Shown here: positions 10,292 through 19,936 of the stretch, in pieces
Numbering within the stretch: position 1 is the stretch's first letter
Layout of the letters: each line of letters opens with the position of its first letter
Assembly: GCA_965219095.1 (NCBI GenBank)
Contig: OZ244719.1
Location: 160,001 to 224,000 of the forward strand
Length of the DNA stretch: 64,000 nucleotides
Source: Bdellovibrionales bacterium
Lineage (GTDB): Bacteria > Bdellovibrionota > Bdellovibrionia > Bdellovibrionales > UBA1609
Direction of reading: 5' to 3'
Notes under the pieces: generated by a model
The model's input: the letters and a program-made list of their open reading frames with translations, nothing else
Told to the model about the DNA's origin: nothing
The model's database searches: none
Position numbers and translations under genes: made by a program

Positions 10292-11192
10292 ATCCCCTCC
10301 TATAGTGTATAATATATACACTACTACAGATAGTAGTCAATGGCAAACCCCTTTCTTTTTCAAGAAATCTTGTCTTTTCTCAGAGGCAAAAAGACCGTTT
10401 TAAGATGTTTTAAATGTTAGGATGTTTGTAGTGGATATTTTTTGCCCCGAATTTAGGTCATTTACCTTCGTAAGATTGTCAGTGGGTATGAAGATGTGGT
10501 TAAAAGAGGAGTTCGTGTTAAAAACCAAAGATCAGCTCTGTTTCGAGCTTCCCATCTTGATGCTAAGAAGCAGACTCAATTAAAACGGGCAGAAGAGATA
10601 TATTTGTTCTAGAAGGCTTAGATAAAGCTATCAGTTCTTATGGGGAGGAGAAAGCACGTTATGAAGCAGAGTTTAAGAGGCTAAGTAAAAAACACAAAGA
10701 TATTAGAAATCTTAGTAGCATTCCAGGAATTGGTTCTATCAAGGCTATCAAGATTGTAGCCAGGGTTGTAGTGCCTCACCAATTTAAACGTAATTCCTGG
10801 TGGAGTGGACTGCGGACTTGTAAAGCTACATAAAATGAGCAGTGGAAGGTCTTATGGAACTAAGAAGTCTAGGTTTTGCCCACAAATGAAAAGTGTTTTT
10901 AAGATAGCTGCACTCTCAGTTATAGGAAATAACAATGAATTTAATGATTTTTATGAAGAATTGATCAAAAAAAATTTACCACCACACACTGCTAGAAATG
11001 CTACCAACTAGAAGAATTGCAGCTTTAACTTTAGGTGTTTTCAAGTCTGGGAAAAAATATAAACCTTATGGAGAACGTAAAAATGTAAATAATAATAAAA
11101 CAACCTTATAAAATCATCTGTTTAAAGTTTCTTGCATAGTAAGTAACAATACAAATAATGACTTTATGAGGTGAGGATAGATAGCTTAATTA

Positions 11193-12885
11193 CCTAAATT
11201 CGTGACCAAAAATGTACACTACAAAGCTATAATTTCCCATTTTCCATAAAAATCTCAGTTTTCATAGGGGAATTTTCAATTTTTAGATAAAATCACAAAA
11301 AATAACTTGCCTTGCATTTTCCTTTGTAGTGTAATATATTACACTATATGAGGGAGAAATATGAGCTTTATCAGAAGAATAAAAAGAGGAAAGGTAACAT
11401 ATCTTGCAGAAGTAGAGAACAAAAGGGTTGATGGAAAAGTTATCCAAAAGCATATTCGGTACATCGGGAAGGAAGAGAATGGTGAAACTGTAATTTCAAT
11501 GAGCTCATCTGATCTTGAAATAGAAAAGGTCAAGGTTTATGGTCCTTTGCTTGTTTTAGATAAAATAGCTAGGGAAATAGATTTGCAAAAATCTCTTGGC
11601 CAATACTCCAATGAAATATTAAGCATGGTCTATGCTCACTGTTTAGATTACAAAAGCCTTAGAAAAATGCCAAAATGGTATGAGAGAACAGATTTAAACA
11701 CTTTGCTAAATTTAGAGGATCTAACCGAAAGTCGTTTGCTTTCTGCTCTAGATTCTTTAGAGAGTGATCCAGAAAATTTACAGAAGAAAATATTTCAAGG
11801 TGTTCAGAAAAGGTACAATCTTGAGCTAAAAGGGTTGGTGTACGATGTTACCAATACATACCTTTATGGTAGCAAATGTCAGCTTGGAAAATTAGGAAAG
11901 AGTAAGGATGGGAAACGTGGAAATCCTTTGATTCAAATTGGTTTGGTGACAACTCAAAAAGAAGGAATACCAGTGTTTCATAAAACTTTTAGTGGAAACA
12001 TACACGATAGCAGGACTCTACTAAGTTTATCCGATGGATTTGCAAACTATGGACTAAGTGGAGGAATGTTTGTTTACGACAGAGGCATTTTCTCAGAGAG
12101 AAACCTCAATGAAATCAATGAATTGGGCTGGAATACGCTTTGTGGGATTGCTCTCAGAAAAAAAGAGAAGGATGTGATTAGAAAAATGATAAGGCTAGAC
12201 TCTATTGTTGATGTATCCCATCGCATCAGGTTATCAAGTGGTACCTTGTATGCTCAGAGCATTAATCACAATGTTGGAAAAATCAAAGGACGTTTAGTTG
12301 TTTGTTACAATCAAAGGAGAGCTTTAGATATAAGAGAATCTCGTTTGGACGAAATTGCAAACGCACAAATTCTTTTGTCTAAAAATATAAAACCAGGTTT
12401 GGAAAAATACCTTACTCCAACAGGAAGATTAAGGAGAGATCGGTTGAATTTAGAATCTGAGTTTGATGGTTACTCTTGTATATTTTCTACAAAAAAGATC
12501 TCTGCAAAAGATATTGTTAATTTGTACTATAAGAAAGAGGTAATCGAAAAATTTTTTAGGACCTTAAAGGGAATAACAAATTTGAGACCAATTCGTCATT
12601 GGCTTTACAACAGAGTTCAATCACATGTCTTTATATGCTATTTATCTTGTCTGATACTTTCAATTCTAAAAATGAAGCTTGAAAAGATGCAGATGTCTCC
12701 AGAGGAAGCTCTTGAAGAACTCGGTAGCATGTATAATGTCTATCTTTATGACCGAAAAAATAAAACTAGACTTATCAAAACAGTAGCTTTGAATAAAGTT
12801 CAAGAAAAAATACTAAGATCTATTGGAAAAAGTCTTGTCAAAAAAACGTCCGTCTGTAGTGTACATTTTTGAGCACGAACTTAGG
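11193..12885 (+). mobile_element. IS1634-family element B, apparently intact
   Basis: TIR CCTAAATTCGTG / CACGAACTTAGG; 7-bp TSD TTAATTA; empty site near 63830. Confidence 0.92.
11361..12872 (+). CDS. IS1634-family transposase, 503 aa
   Basis: YDVTNTY, VYDRGI, IEKFFRTLK, LRPIRHWLYNRVQSHVFICYL. Confidence 0.9.
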   Translation: MSFIRRIKRGKVTYLAEVENKRVDGKVIQKHIRYIGKEENGETVISMSSSDLEIEKVKVYGPLLVLDKIAREIDLQKSLGQYSNEILSMVYAHCLDYKSLRKMPKWYERTDLNTLLNLEDLTESRLLSALDSLESDPENLQKKIFQGVQKRYNLELKGLVYDVTNTYLYGSKCQLGKLGKSKDGKRGNPLIQIGLVTTQKEGIPVFHKTFSGNIHDSRTLLSLSDGFANYGLSGGMFVYDRGIFSERNLNEINELGWNTLCGIALRKKEKDVIRKMIRLDSIVDVSHRIRLSSGTLYAQSINHNVGKIKGRLVVCYNQRRALDIRESRLDEIANAQILLSKNIKPGLEKYLTPTGRLRRDRLNLESEFDGYSCIFSTKKISAKDIVNLYYKKEVIEKFFRTLKGITNLRPIRHWLYNRVQSHVFICYLSCLILSILKMKLEKMQMSPEEALEELGSMYNVYLYDRKNKTRLIKTVALNKVQEKILRSIGKSLVKKTSVCSVHF

Positions 12886-13195
12886 TTAATTAGAGTGATA
12901 TTTATAAAAAATTCATTTCGACGAATAGCACATCCTCTATTCCTGAAATTTACTATAATCTAAGGTTTTAAATCTTCGGAATAAATTCATGATTTAAAAC
13001 TAAAAAAGGTTCAGATAGACGCATAATAGGAATATGTTTGTTTTACAATGTGTAAAGGAAGAGTCATTAAAAAATGGAAAGGAAATGCAGGAAGTTTTCT
13101 CTTAGATGATTAGAATATTCGTGACCGTATGCAAAAAAAATTTTTTATATTTTTTGTAAATGGAGAAGTGTTTTTTCTTGACATACTTTTTGATA

Positions 13196-13282
13196 GACAC
13201 TCTAAAAATTTAACAGAGTTTGATTAAAAAGCAAGGAGGCTATGCGTTAAAAGAATGTCGAATTAATTTTTGGAAATGGTAT
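13196..13282 (-). mobile_element. IS630-2 left end up to the start codon (IS110-A insertion site)
   Basis: Reverse complement of 57226-57312 with few changes. Confidence 0.85.
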
Positions 13283-13284
13283 TA

Positions 13285-13593
13285 TAACTACAAACTGGAA
13301 ATAAAGGGGAAGAGCTACTGGACTCAAATGCATACGAGATGGCTTCAAAAGATGGTTTCAGATGAAAAAAAAAATTCTTTTTTAGAAAAGTTTTAGAGAA
13401 TTATTTGTTTCTTTTAGAAAGTTTTTCTACATCTATAGAGAATTTAGAAACAGAGATTCATAAATTCATTTAGACAGAAAAATATAAAAAAAAGGTATTT
13501 TCATTAACTTGTATGAGGGGTGTAGGAGAGATATCGGCTATGACTCTCATAATAGAGATTGGAGACATAAAAAGATTTCCTCGTCCTAAGTAA
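13285..13593 (+). pseudogene. IS110-B transposase internal fragment
   Basis: GKSYWTQMHTRWL...LTCMRGVGEISAMTLIIEIGDIKRFPRP, with stops and frameshifts. Confidence 0.75.
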
Positions 13594-13686
13594 TTTAAAC
13601 AAAGGAGGGCTTTAAGAACATAAAAACTGTCCACTTTTTTTTTTGGGGGGGGGAAGATGATCTTCCCCCAAAAAAGTGGACAGTTT

Positions 13687-14553
13687 TTATGTTCTTAAAG
13701 CCCTCCTTTGTTTAAATTCTTTTGGGCTCATGTATTTCAAGGAAGAATGCATTCTTACCTTGTTATACCAATCCATGTAAATTGCAATTTTTTTCTCCAA
13801 CTCTTCCTTTGTTGTACAGTCTTTGTATTCCAGTTCATCCTTCAACGTATGGAAAAAGCTCTCCACAAACGCATTATCATAACAATTTCCTTTCCTAGAC
13901 ATAGATTGCTTGAGGCCAAAGAATTTCAATTCTTTTCTAAACCCTTCACAACAATATTGAACCCCTTGATCCGAGTGGATTATCAAGCCCTCTAAGTTCC
14001 CAGAAACAGATTGGACTGCGGCTCTCAGAGCCTGTTTTGAATGAACCCCGTCCAAGCTCTCACAGAGCTTCCAAGACTTAATCTCTCGATTATAGACATC
14101 TAAAAATACAACCAAATACAGAAATTTATCTCTAAAAGGAATATAGGTTAAATCCGAACACCATACCTGGTTTTCTTTTCCTGCTTGGCTCTGTCCTGTC
14201 TTAAACAACCGAGGAGACTTAATCATGAGAGGGTTATTCTTTGTTGTTCTAGGAACATAGGGTTTTTTCTGACGGGCACTGAGATTCTTTAGTTTCATAA
14301 TTCGAGCTACTTTGTTTTCTCCAGCACTCACTCCGCAACGCTTTAATTCCCTATACACCCTGGGGGAACCATAACAGCCTTTATTTTTTTTAAAAATAGA
14401 TTCTATGTTTTTCTCCAGATTTTTATCCTTTTCAAGCTTTCCCCTGGTTTTTAAAAAACTATAAAAACCAGAACGAGATCCTCTTAATAATTCGCAAATG
14501 CGAAGCACTGGATGCCCTTTCTCTTTTACATAAAACATAGCCTTAAATCTCAT
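13687..14553 (-). CDS. IS3 OrfB (DDE integrase)
   Basis: WCSDLTYI, HSDQGVQY, SRKGNCYDNAFVESFF. Confidence 0.93.
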   Translation of the reverse strand: MRFKAMFYVKEKGHPVLRICELLRGSRSGFYSFLKTRGKLEKDKNLEKNIESIFKKNKGCYGSPRVYRELKRCGVSAGENKVARIMKLKNLSARQKKPYVPRTTKNNPLMIKSPRLFKTGQSQAGKENQVWCSDLTYIPFRDKFLYLVVFLDVYNREIKSWKLCESLDGVHSKQALRAAVQSVSGNLEGLIIHSDQGVQYCCEGFRKELKFFGLKQSMSRKGNCYDNAFVESFFHTLKDELEYKDCTTKEELEKKIAIYMDWYNKVRMHSSLKYMSPKEFKQRRALRT

Positions 14554-14855
14554 TTCAGGATTTCCTTTGAAAAAAAAGCCGCTGCCTCTTTCAATATACC
14601 TACACTCCGCCTCTCATAGACCAGCTCCTTTTTTAACCTCTTTATTTCCTCCAATGCCGAAGCCAAGTCATGGGAAGCTTGTCTTTCTACTTCAGGCTTT
14701 AGAAAACGCTTCCAAGAGCTTATCACTTGGAAATTTCTCAGTCCTAGCTTCTCTGAGGCTTCCTTTGCACCTATTTCCTCTGCCAATTCAATGGCTTGCT
14801 TTTTAAACTCTTCCGAGTACTGTTTTACTTTTTCCATTCTTTCTTTTACCTCCAT
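14550..14855 (-). CDS. IS3 OrfA (HTH)
   Basis: YSEEFKKQAI...EEIKRLKKEL...ILKEAAAFF; ATGA overlap with OrfB. Confidence 0.9.
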   Translation of the reverse strand: MEVKERMEKVKQYSEEFKKQAIELAEEIGAKEASEKLGLRNFQVISSWKRFLKPEVERQASHDLASALEEIKRLKKELVYERRSVGILKEAAAFFSKEILK

Positions 14856-14908
14856 TTTATGGAGACTTTAAGAGAAAATTGACTGTCCGCAGAAACAGGG
14901 GAAGTTCA

Positions 14909-15180
14909 GGCTTTCCGCAGAGTCTTTTTATTTCCTCTTGGAAAAGGTCATGGACTAATTTAGTGCTGCTCCTTCAAGCTGCATAGCAATAAGCTGGCGA
15001 ATCTTCTCATGTTTATTTTTTACCATTTGTAACTGAGATTGATATTGTGTATCTTTCATTTGGGGTTCCCCTCTGGTCTGTTTATAATACCCTGAGTTTA
15101 GCTCAGGGGGAGTCCTTTCTTCAAACCCTAACGGACTTTACGGACAATTTCAAGATTCATTACAGATCATTTAGGATAGA
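14909..15180 (-). pseudogene. IS256-like transposase 5' fragment and end
   Basis: MKDTQYQSQLQ...(frameshift)LVHDLFQEEIKRLCGK. Confidence 0.5.
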
Positions 15181-15260
15181 TAACAAGTAGGCCTTGAAAC
15201 AATAAATTAGATAGTGTAAATATTTTGCTAGGAATTAAACGTAAATACACTTCAAAGAAT

Positions 15261-16775
15261 ATGGTAAAAAAAAATAAAATAGAAGAGTTAGAAAAAAAAC
15301 TTTGGGAAGCAGCTTATAGTTTAAGGAAAAATATTGATGCTACTGAGTACAAACATATTGTTTTAGGCTTAATTTTTCTAAAGTATATTTCTGATTCTTT
15401 TGAACAGCACTATAAACAATTAAAAGAAACTCCTCATGCAGACTCAGAGGATCGTGAGGAATATGAAGCAGAAAATGTTTTCTTCGTTCCACCATCAGCA
15501 AGGTGGTCTTATCTTCAATCTCGTACAAAACTTCCCGAAATTGGTAGAGACATTGATTCTGCAATGGATGCTATTGAAGAAGACAATAAATCTCTTAAGG
15601 GAGTTTTACCTAAAGTTTATGCTAAAGGGAATATCGATCCTATCAACTTAGGAAAACTTTTAGACGAGTTCAGTAACATTGACATGAATAAGGCTAAAAA
15701 TAGAAGTACGGATATTCTAGGCTATGTGTTTGAGTATTTCTTAGGGCAATTTGGAATTGCTGAAGGAAAAAAAGGAGGACAGTTTTACACTCCTTGCTCT
15801 ATAGTGAAACTTCTTGTTGAAATGCTTGAACCCTATAAAGGAAAGATTTTTGATCCTTGCTGTGGAACGGGTGGAATGTTTGTCCAATCAGGAGAATTTC
15901 TCAAAGGGCATCAAGGAAAAATAGATGATATTTCAATTTATGGACAAGAAAGCAATCAAACCACTTGGAGGCTAGCTAAAATGAACTTAGCTATTCGTGG
16001 AATAGAAAGCACTCAAATAAAGTGGAATAATGAAGGGTCTTTTTTAAACAATGAACATTTAGATTTAAAAGCCGACTATATTATTGCCAACCCTCCACTT
16101 AATGATTCTGAGTGGAGTGGGAATTTACTTCAAGAAGATAAGCGTTGGAAGTATGGAACTCCTCCAGAGGGAAACGCTAACTACGCTTGGATTCAGCATT
16201 TTATTTACCATTTAAAGCCCAGAGGTGGCCATGCTGGCTTTGTTATGGCTAAAGGATCTCTAACATCAAAGGTTTCAGGTGAAGGAGAAATTAGAAAAAA
16301 TTTAATTGAAGCCGACTTAATAGATTGTATTGTTAACTTGCCCTCAAAGCTCTTTTTAAATACTCAAATATCTGCTTCTTTATGGTTTGTAAGAAGAGGA
16401 AAGGCTTATAGAAAAAAAGAAGTTCTTTTTATTGAAGCTAAAGATTTAGGAAAACTTATAAACCGAAGAAATCGTGAGCTTTTAGATTCTGATATTAAAA
16501 AAATTGTAGACACCTATCATGAATGGAAAAAAGAAAAGGGAAAGTATAGAGATATTAAAGGGTTTTGTGCTTCAACTTCTGTTGAAAAAATTAAAAAACT
16601 TGATTATATTTTAAGTCCCGGCCAATACGTAGAGACTAAAGAAACTCAAGATGACTTTGATTTCTCTCAAAGATTTAAAGAATTAAAAAATGAATTTGAA
16701 AAACAGGTAAAAGAAGAGGCTGTACTTAACAAAAGAATTTTTGATAACTTATCAAAAATAAAGTACGAGGAGTAA
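15261..16775 (+). CDS. hsdM: Type I RM methyltransferase subunit (start probably ATG 15261; ORF open from 15225)
   Basis: YKHIVLGLIFLKYISD, GQFYTP, DPCCGTGG, NPPLN (usually NPPF). Confidence 0.93.
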   Translation: MVKKNKIEELEKKLWEAAYSLRKNIDATEYKHIVLGLIFLKYISDSFEQHYKQLKETPHADSEDREEYEAENVFFVPPSARWSYLQSRTKLPEIGRDIDSAMDAIEEDNKSLKGVLPKVYAKGNIDPINLGKLLDEFSNIDMNKAKNRSTDILGYVFEYFLGQFGIAEGKKGGQFYTPCSIVKLLVEMLEPYKGKIFDPCCGTGGMFVQSGEFLKGHQGKIDDISIYGQESNQTTWRLAKMNLAIRGIESTQIKWNNEGSFLNNEHLDLKADYIIANPPLNDSEWSGNLLQEDKRWKYGTPPEGNANYAWIQHFIYHLKPRGGHAGFVMAKGSLTSKVSGEGEIRKNLIEADLIDCIVNLPSKLFLNTQISASLWFVRRGKAYRKKEVLFIEAKDLGKLINRRNRELLDSDIKKIVDTYHEWKKEKGKYRDIKGFCASTSVEKIKKLDYILSPGQYVETKETQDDFDFSQRFKELKNEFEKQVKEEAVLNKRIFDNLSKIKYEE

Positions 16776-16782
16776 TAAGACT

Positions 16783-17184
16783 ATGAATAATGAAGTTAGG
16801 TGGAAACAGCGGTTTCAAAACTTTGAAAAATCTTTTAATCTTTTTCAAAGGAGAATAGACGAATTAGAGAAAAATCAAAAAAGCGAAGCTCATCAGATGG
16901 CACTCGTTCAATCTTTTGAGATATTGTTTGAGTTAGCTAAACTTACTATAAAAGATTATATGGATAATCAGGGGCTAGATGCTGGAACTTTTCCTAAAAA
17001 TATAATAAGAGAAGCTTTTAAAGCAGAGATCATTGCTGATGCTGAAGTTTGGATGAGAGCAATAGATATTAAGACAACTCATGTATATCACGAAAATATT
17101 TTAGAGGAAGTTATAAGTTTTATTCAAGAAAGTTTTTATTCTAAAGTTCGAGATTTTTATCATAGCCTTAAAAAAGAATTATGA
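16783..17184 (+). CDS. HEPN-type nucleotidyltransferase substrate-binding protein (HI0074 family)
   Basis: RWKQRFQNFEK, LVQSFEILFELA, PKNIIREAF, W...TTHVY. Confidence 0.88.
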   Translation: MNNEVRWKQRFQNFEKSFNLFQRRIDELEKNQKSEAHQMALVQSFEILFELAKLTIKDYMDNQGLDAGTFPKNIIREAFKAEIIADAEVWMRAIDIKTTHVYHENILEEVISFIQESFYSKVRDFYHSLKKEL

Positions 17185-18272
17185 AATATGGTCTATCTGA
17201 AGAACAACTTAAAGTTATTGAAGAAGCGTTGAAATCTTTTTCAGAAATAGAACAAGTTATTTTGTTTGGTTCTCGTTCCATAGATACTTTTAGGGAGGCA
17301 TCTGATGTAGATATTGCTATTAAAGGAAAAAAGGCTGATTTTAACTTAGCTTCAGAACTAAAAACTTATTTTGAGGAAAAGACGAACCTTCCCTTTTTCT
17401 TTGATATTATTTCTTACTCGACTATTGAGTCTAAGGAGTTAAAGAAGCATATAAGGCAGAAAGGAAAGGTTATTTATACTAAGGGTTGGAGAGAAGTTAA
17501 GTTGGGATATGTAGCTGATATTCAAAATGGATATGCATTTAAGTCAACAGATTTTTCCAAAGATGATGGGACTATTGTTATTAAAATAAAAAATATTTCT
17601 TCTGGAGGATTAAACTTAGACAGCAAAGCACTTTATTCAAAAAACATAGATCACCTTGAATCTTATAAAGTTCAAGAGGGTGATACTTTAATCGCAATGA
17701 CTGGTTCTCACGTAACTCAACCATCTTCTATGCTAGGGAGATCTATTATATACCAGCTTAAAAATAGAGCATTGTTTAACCAAAGGATTGGTAAAATTTA
17801 TGTGACAAAAGAAAATAAATTGTTAAAGTTTTTTTTAAGCTACTTTTTAAAGCAAGAAAATATTGTTTTTGAATTAGCTTCAAATGCAAGTGGTAGTGCT
17901 AACCAGGCAAATATTTCATCATCCTCAATAAAGTCATTAACTATTTCTCTCCCTCCACTCCCAGAACAAAAAGCCATCGCCGAAATCTTATCTAGCCTTG
18001 ATGATAAAATCGAACTTCTCCACTGTCAGAATAAAACTTTAGAGAATATGGAACAAATTTTGTGTCAAAAGTGGTGGTTTATAGATGATCTTTCAGACTC
18101 ATCAGTTTTAGTTCAAAAAAGAGATTTAGATTTAATGAGTATGAATAAAAAAATAGAACCAATATTTGAAAAGATAATTTTAAATTTCAAGAAAATCCTT
18201 GCTTTAGAGAACCTACGAGACATCCTTTTGCCAAAATTAATGAACGGTTCAATTAGGATAAGAGATTTATGA
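17181..18272 (+). CDS. hsdS: Minimal nucleotidyltransferase (MNT) fused to a single-TRD HsdS
   Basis: N-terminus LFGSRSIDTFREASDVDIAI (GSx10DxD); then GWREVKLG...NGYAFKS...LPPLPEQKAIAEILSSLDDKIEL...LRDILLPKLMNG. Confidence 0.88.
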   Translation: MKYGLSEEQLKVIEEALKSFSEIEQVILFGSRSIDTFREASDVDIAIKGKKADFNLASELKTYFEEKTNLPFFFDIISYSTIESKELKKHIRQKGKVIYTKGWREVKLGYVADIQNGYAFKSTDFSKDDGTIVIKIKNISSGGLNLDSKALYSKNIDHLESYKVQEGDTLIAMTGSHVTQPSSMLGRSIIYQLKNRALFNQRIGKIYVTKENKLLKFFLSYFLKQENIVFELASNASGSANQANISSSSIKSLTISLPPLPEQKAIAEILSSLDDKIELLHCQNKTLENMEQILCQKWWFIDDLSDSSVLVQKRDLDLMSMNKKIEPIFEKIILNFKKILALENLRDILLPKLMNGSIRIRDL

Positions 18273-18363
18273 AGAAAGAAAAATTAATTAAAGTTAAAGT
18301 GTAATCAGTTATATTAACATCAACCTCAATATTAGAAAAAACATTCATGTATGTAATGAATTT

Positions 18364-18505
18364 GTAACTGTTCAGAAAAATTCTAGTAAATTGTTGAAAT
18401 TTCACTAAAAGCTCCTAAGCCTATAATGTTATATGATGTTTTTCGTTTAGATTTTCAGATTTTTTGAGTTAGGGTCTAGTTTTTATTCAAAAGTATTGAT
18501 AAATT
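18364..18505 (+). mobile_element. IS66-C left-end remnant without the MITE
   Basis: Reverse complement of 3058-3271 minus 3132-3203. Confidence 0.88.
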
Positions 18506-18863
18506 GTAACAGCTCACCTACATTGTTCAGTTATCCCTAACTTTAGACCTGTTTTAAGATAAAAGTCTTGCTCTTACAGATTTTCTTTTAAATACTTTTT
18601 TCAAATGACAATAAATAAGACCTCCATCAGAAATGAGATTGAAAATATAAGAAGTGACTTTGATAAGCTTGCAAAGAAAGGTTCTGTGCCTACTGAGATT
18701 TCTGTGATTGTTGAATCTCTCTTTAAGGTTGTGAACATTCTGATTGTTGTGTTTTTAGAAAAACAGGTTCGAAAAAATTCCAGCAACAGCGGTCTTCCTC
18801 CTTCGCAAGATTTTAGTCGTCAAGGGAATCGTAATAAGAAAGCTAGTGGGAGTCAGAAAAAGG
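18506..18863 (+). pseudogene. IS66-B left end and truncated transposase (ORF 18605-18880)
   Basis: Near-identical to 33999-34356. Confidence 0.9.
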
Positions 18864-18970
18864 GTAACTCGGTTTCTTAATAGCCCTTGACCCTACGGAG
18901 GAGGATGTTTCTTAGATTTTCAAGGGGAAGTTTTTATTGATCTTATTATAAAACGTTTTCCTAAGGCTTT
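18864..18970 (-). mobile_element. IS66-A right-end remnant (diverged)
   Basis: Similar to 43563-43680. Confidence 0.75.
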
Positions 18971-19005
18971 CTCTGAAGGATTAAATTTTAATGGTAGCAT
19001 TTTTG

Positions 19006-19043
19006 GGCTCCTCCCGGGAACCCACAGATTCTTTTGAGGAGGC
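19006..19043. mobile_element. 38-bp ISL3 left/right end fusion
   Basis: GGCTCCTCCCGGGAACCCACAGATTCTTTTGAGGAGGC. Confidence 0.7.
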
Positions 19044-19269
19044 AAAAAAAATTAAATAAAGTGACCTGGATTAAAGGCTTGAAAATTGTGAAAAAAATTA
19101 CTAGTCAGAACACTAGTATGTCTAAAATCTGGAAGCAATCCAGAAAAATCTAATATATTCAAATACTTATGAATTTTATCGTTTGTTAAAGGGTGAACTC
19201 AGGAAGACCACCTTTCTTCATGAGTTTATGAATATCTATATCTTTTCATAGAAGCTTACAGGCTCCGGC

Positions 19270-19920
19270 TTATAGGCTCTTTAGGTCTGCATGAATTTGC
19301 AAATCACCTTGTGTAGCTTTTTTTATATCTTCTATACTTAGGTCACTTGCTATTTCTTTAAGAACAAATTTGTTGTTAGAAATTTCAAAAACACCATAAT
19401 CAGTAACAACTTTATCAATGCATCTTAAACCTGTTAAAGGAAGTGTGCATTTCTTTAAGAGTTTAGAACTTCCCTTACGATCAGTATGAGTCATAGCTAC
19501 AATAACTTTTTTTGCTCCTGCCACTAAATCCATAGCCCCCCCCATGCCTTTGATCATTTTATTAGGAATCATCCAATTAGCAATACTACCTTCTTGATCC
19601 ACTTCCATAGCTCCTAAAACGGTCAAATCAATATGGCTTCCTCGAATCATACCAAAACTTTCTGCTGAAGAAAAAAAGCTAGCTCCTTTTATAGCGGTTA
19701 CAGTTTGTTTTCCTGCATTTATGAGATCTGGGTCTACTTCTTCTTCTGTAGGAAAGCCTCCCATGCCTAAAAGGCCGTTTTCGCTTTGTAACATAATGTG
19801 TAAGTTTTTAGGTATATAATTGGCAACCAATGTAGGAATACCAATTCCTAAATTCACAGTGAATCCATCTTCAATATCCTGAGCGATTCTTTTAGCAATG
19901 TCTTCTCTTGAAAGAGGCAT
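19270..19920 (-). CDS. scoB: 3-oxoacid CoA-transferase subunit B
   Basis: VNLGIGIPTLV, LQSENG, GMGGAMDLV. Confidence 0.92.
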   Translation of the reverse strand: MPLSREDIAKRIAQDIEDGFTVNLGIGIPTLVANYIPKNLHIMLQSENGLLGMGGFPTEEEVDPDLINAGKQTVTAIKGASFFSSAESFGMIRGSHIDLTVLGAMEVDQEGSIANWMIPNKMIKGMGGAMDLVAGAKKVIVAMTHTDRKGSSKLLKKCTLPLTGLRCIDKVVTDYGVFEISNNKFVLKEIASDLSIEDIKKATQGDLQIHADLKSL

Positions 19921-19936
19921 ACATAAACTCCTTTCT

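Larger units (their letters stand above)
7625..10457 (-). mobile_element. IS1634-family element A, disrupted by IS630-1
   Basis: TIR CCTAAATTCGG / CCGAATTTAGG; 7-bp TSD TCATTTA. Confidence 0.9.
11128..13092 (+). ncRNA. Putative IS110-A bridge RNA, copy 1, interrupted by IS1634-B
   Basis: Nested stems TTCTTGCAT/ATGCAGGAA, AATGACT/AGTCATT, GAGGAT/ATCCTC, TATTCCT/AGGAATA; guide-like segments match target and donor. Confidence 0.7.
7530..13195 (+). mobile_element. IS110-A copy 1 (5'-truncated), carrying two IS1634 insertions
   Basis: Reassembled 7530-7624 + 10465-11111 reads KTDKIDAEKLVLLLRSGLLKPVFHSGDEFIYLRKIVSGY...LSSIPGIGSIKA...MSSGRSYG (frameshifted); 3' NCR continues after 12885 and ends TTGACATACTTTTTGATA|GAC. 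Confidence 0.88.
13658..14908 (-). mobile_element. IS3-family element copy 1, abutting an inverted right-end stub (13592-13658)
   Basis: TG...CA termini, TIR TGAACTTCCCC / GGGGAAGATCA; no TSD seen. Confidence 0.92.

Noticed and set aside
13708..14806. Antisense ORFs repeated in all three IS3 copies, and 61-aa antisense ORFs in IS66-B
   Set aside because: Conserved only because the elements are near-identical; shadow ORFs
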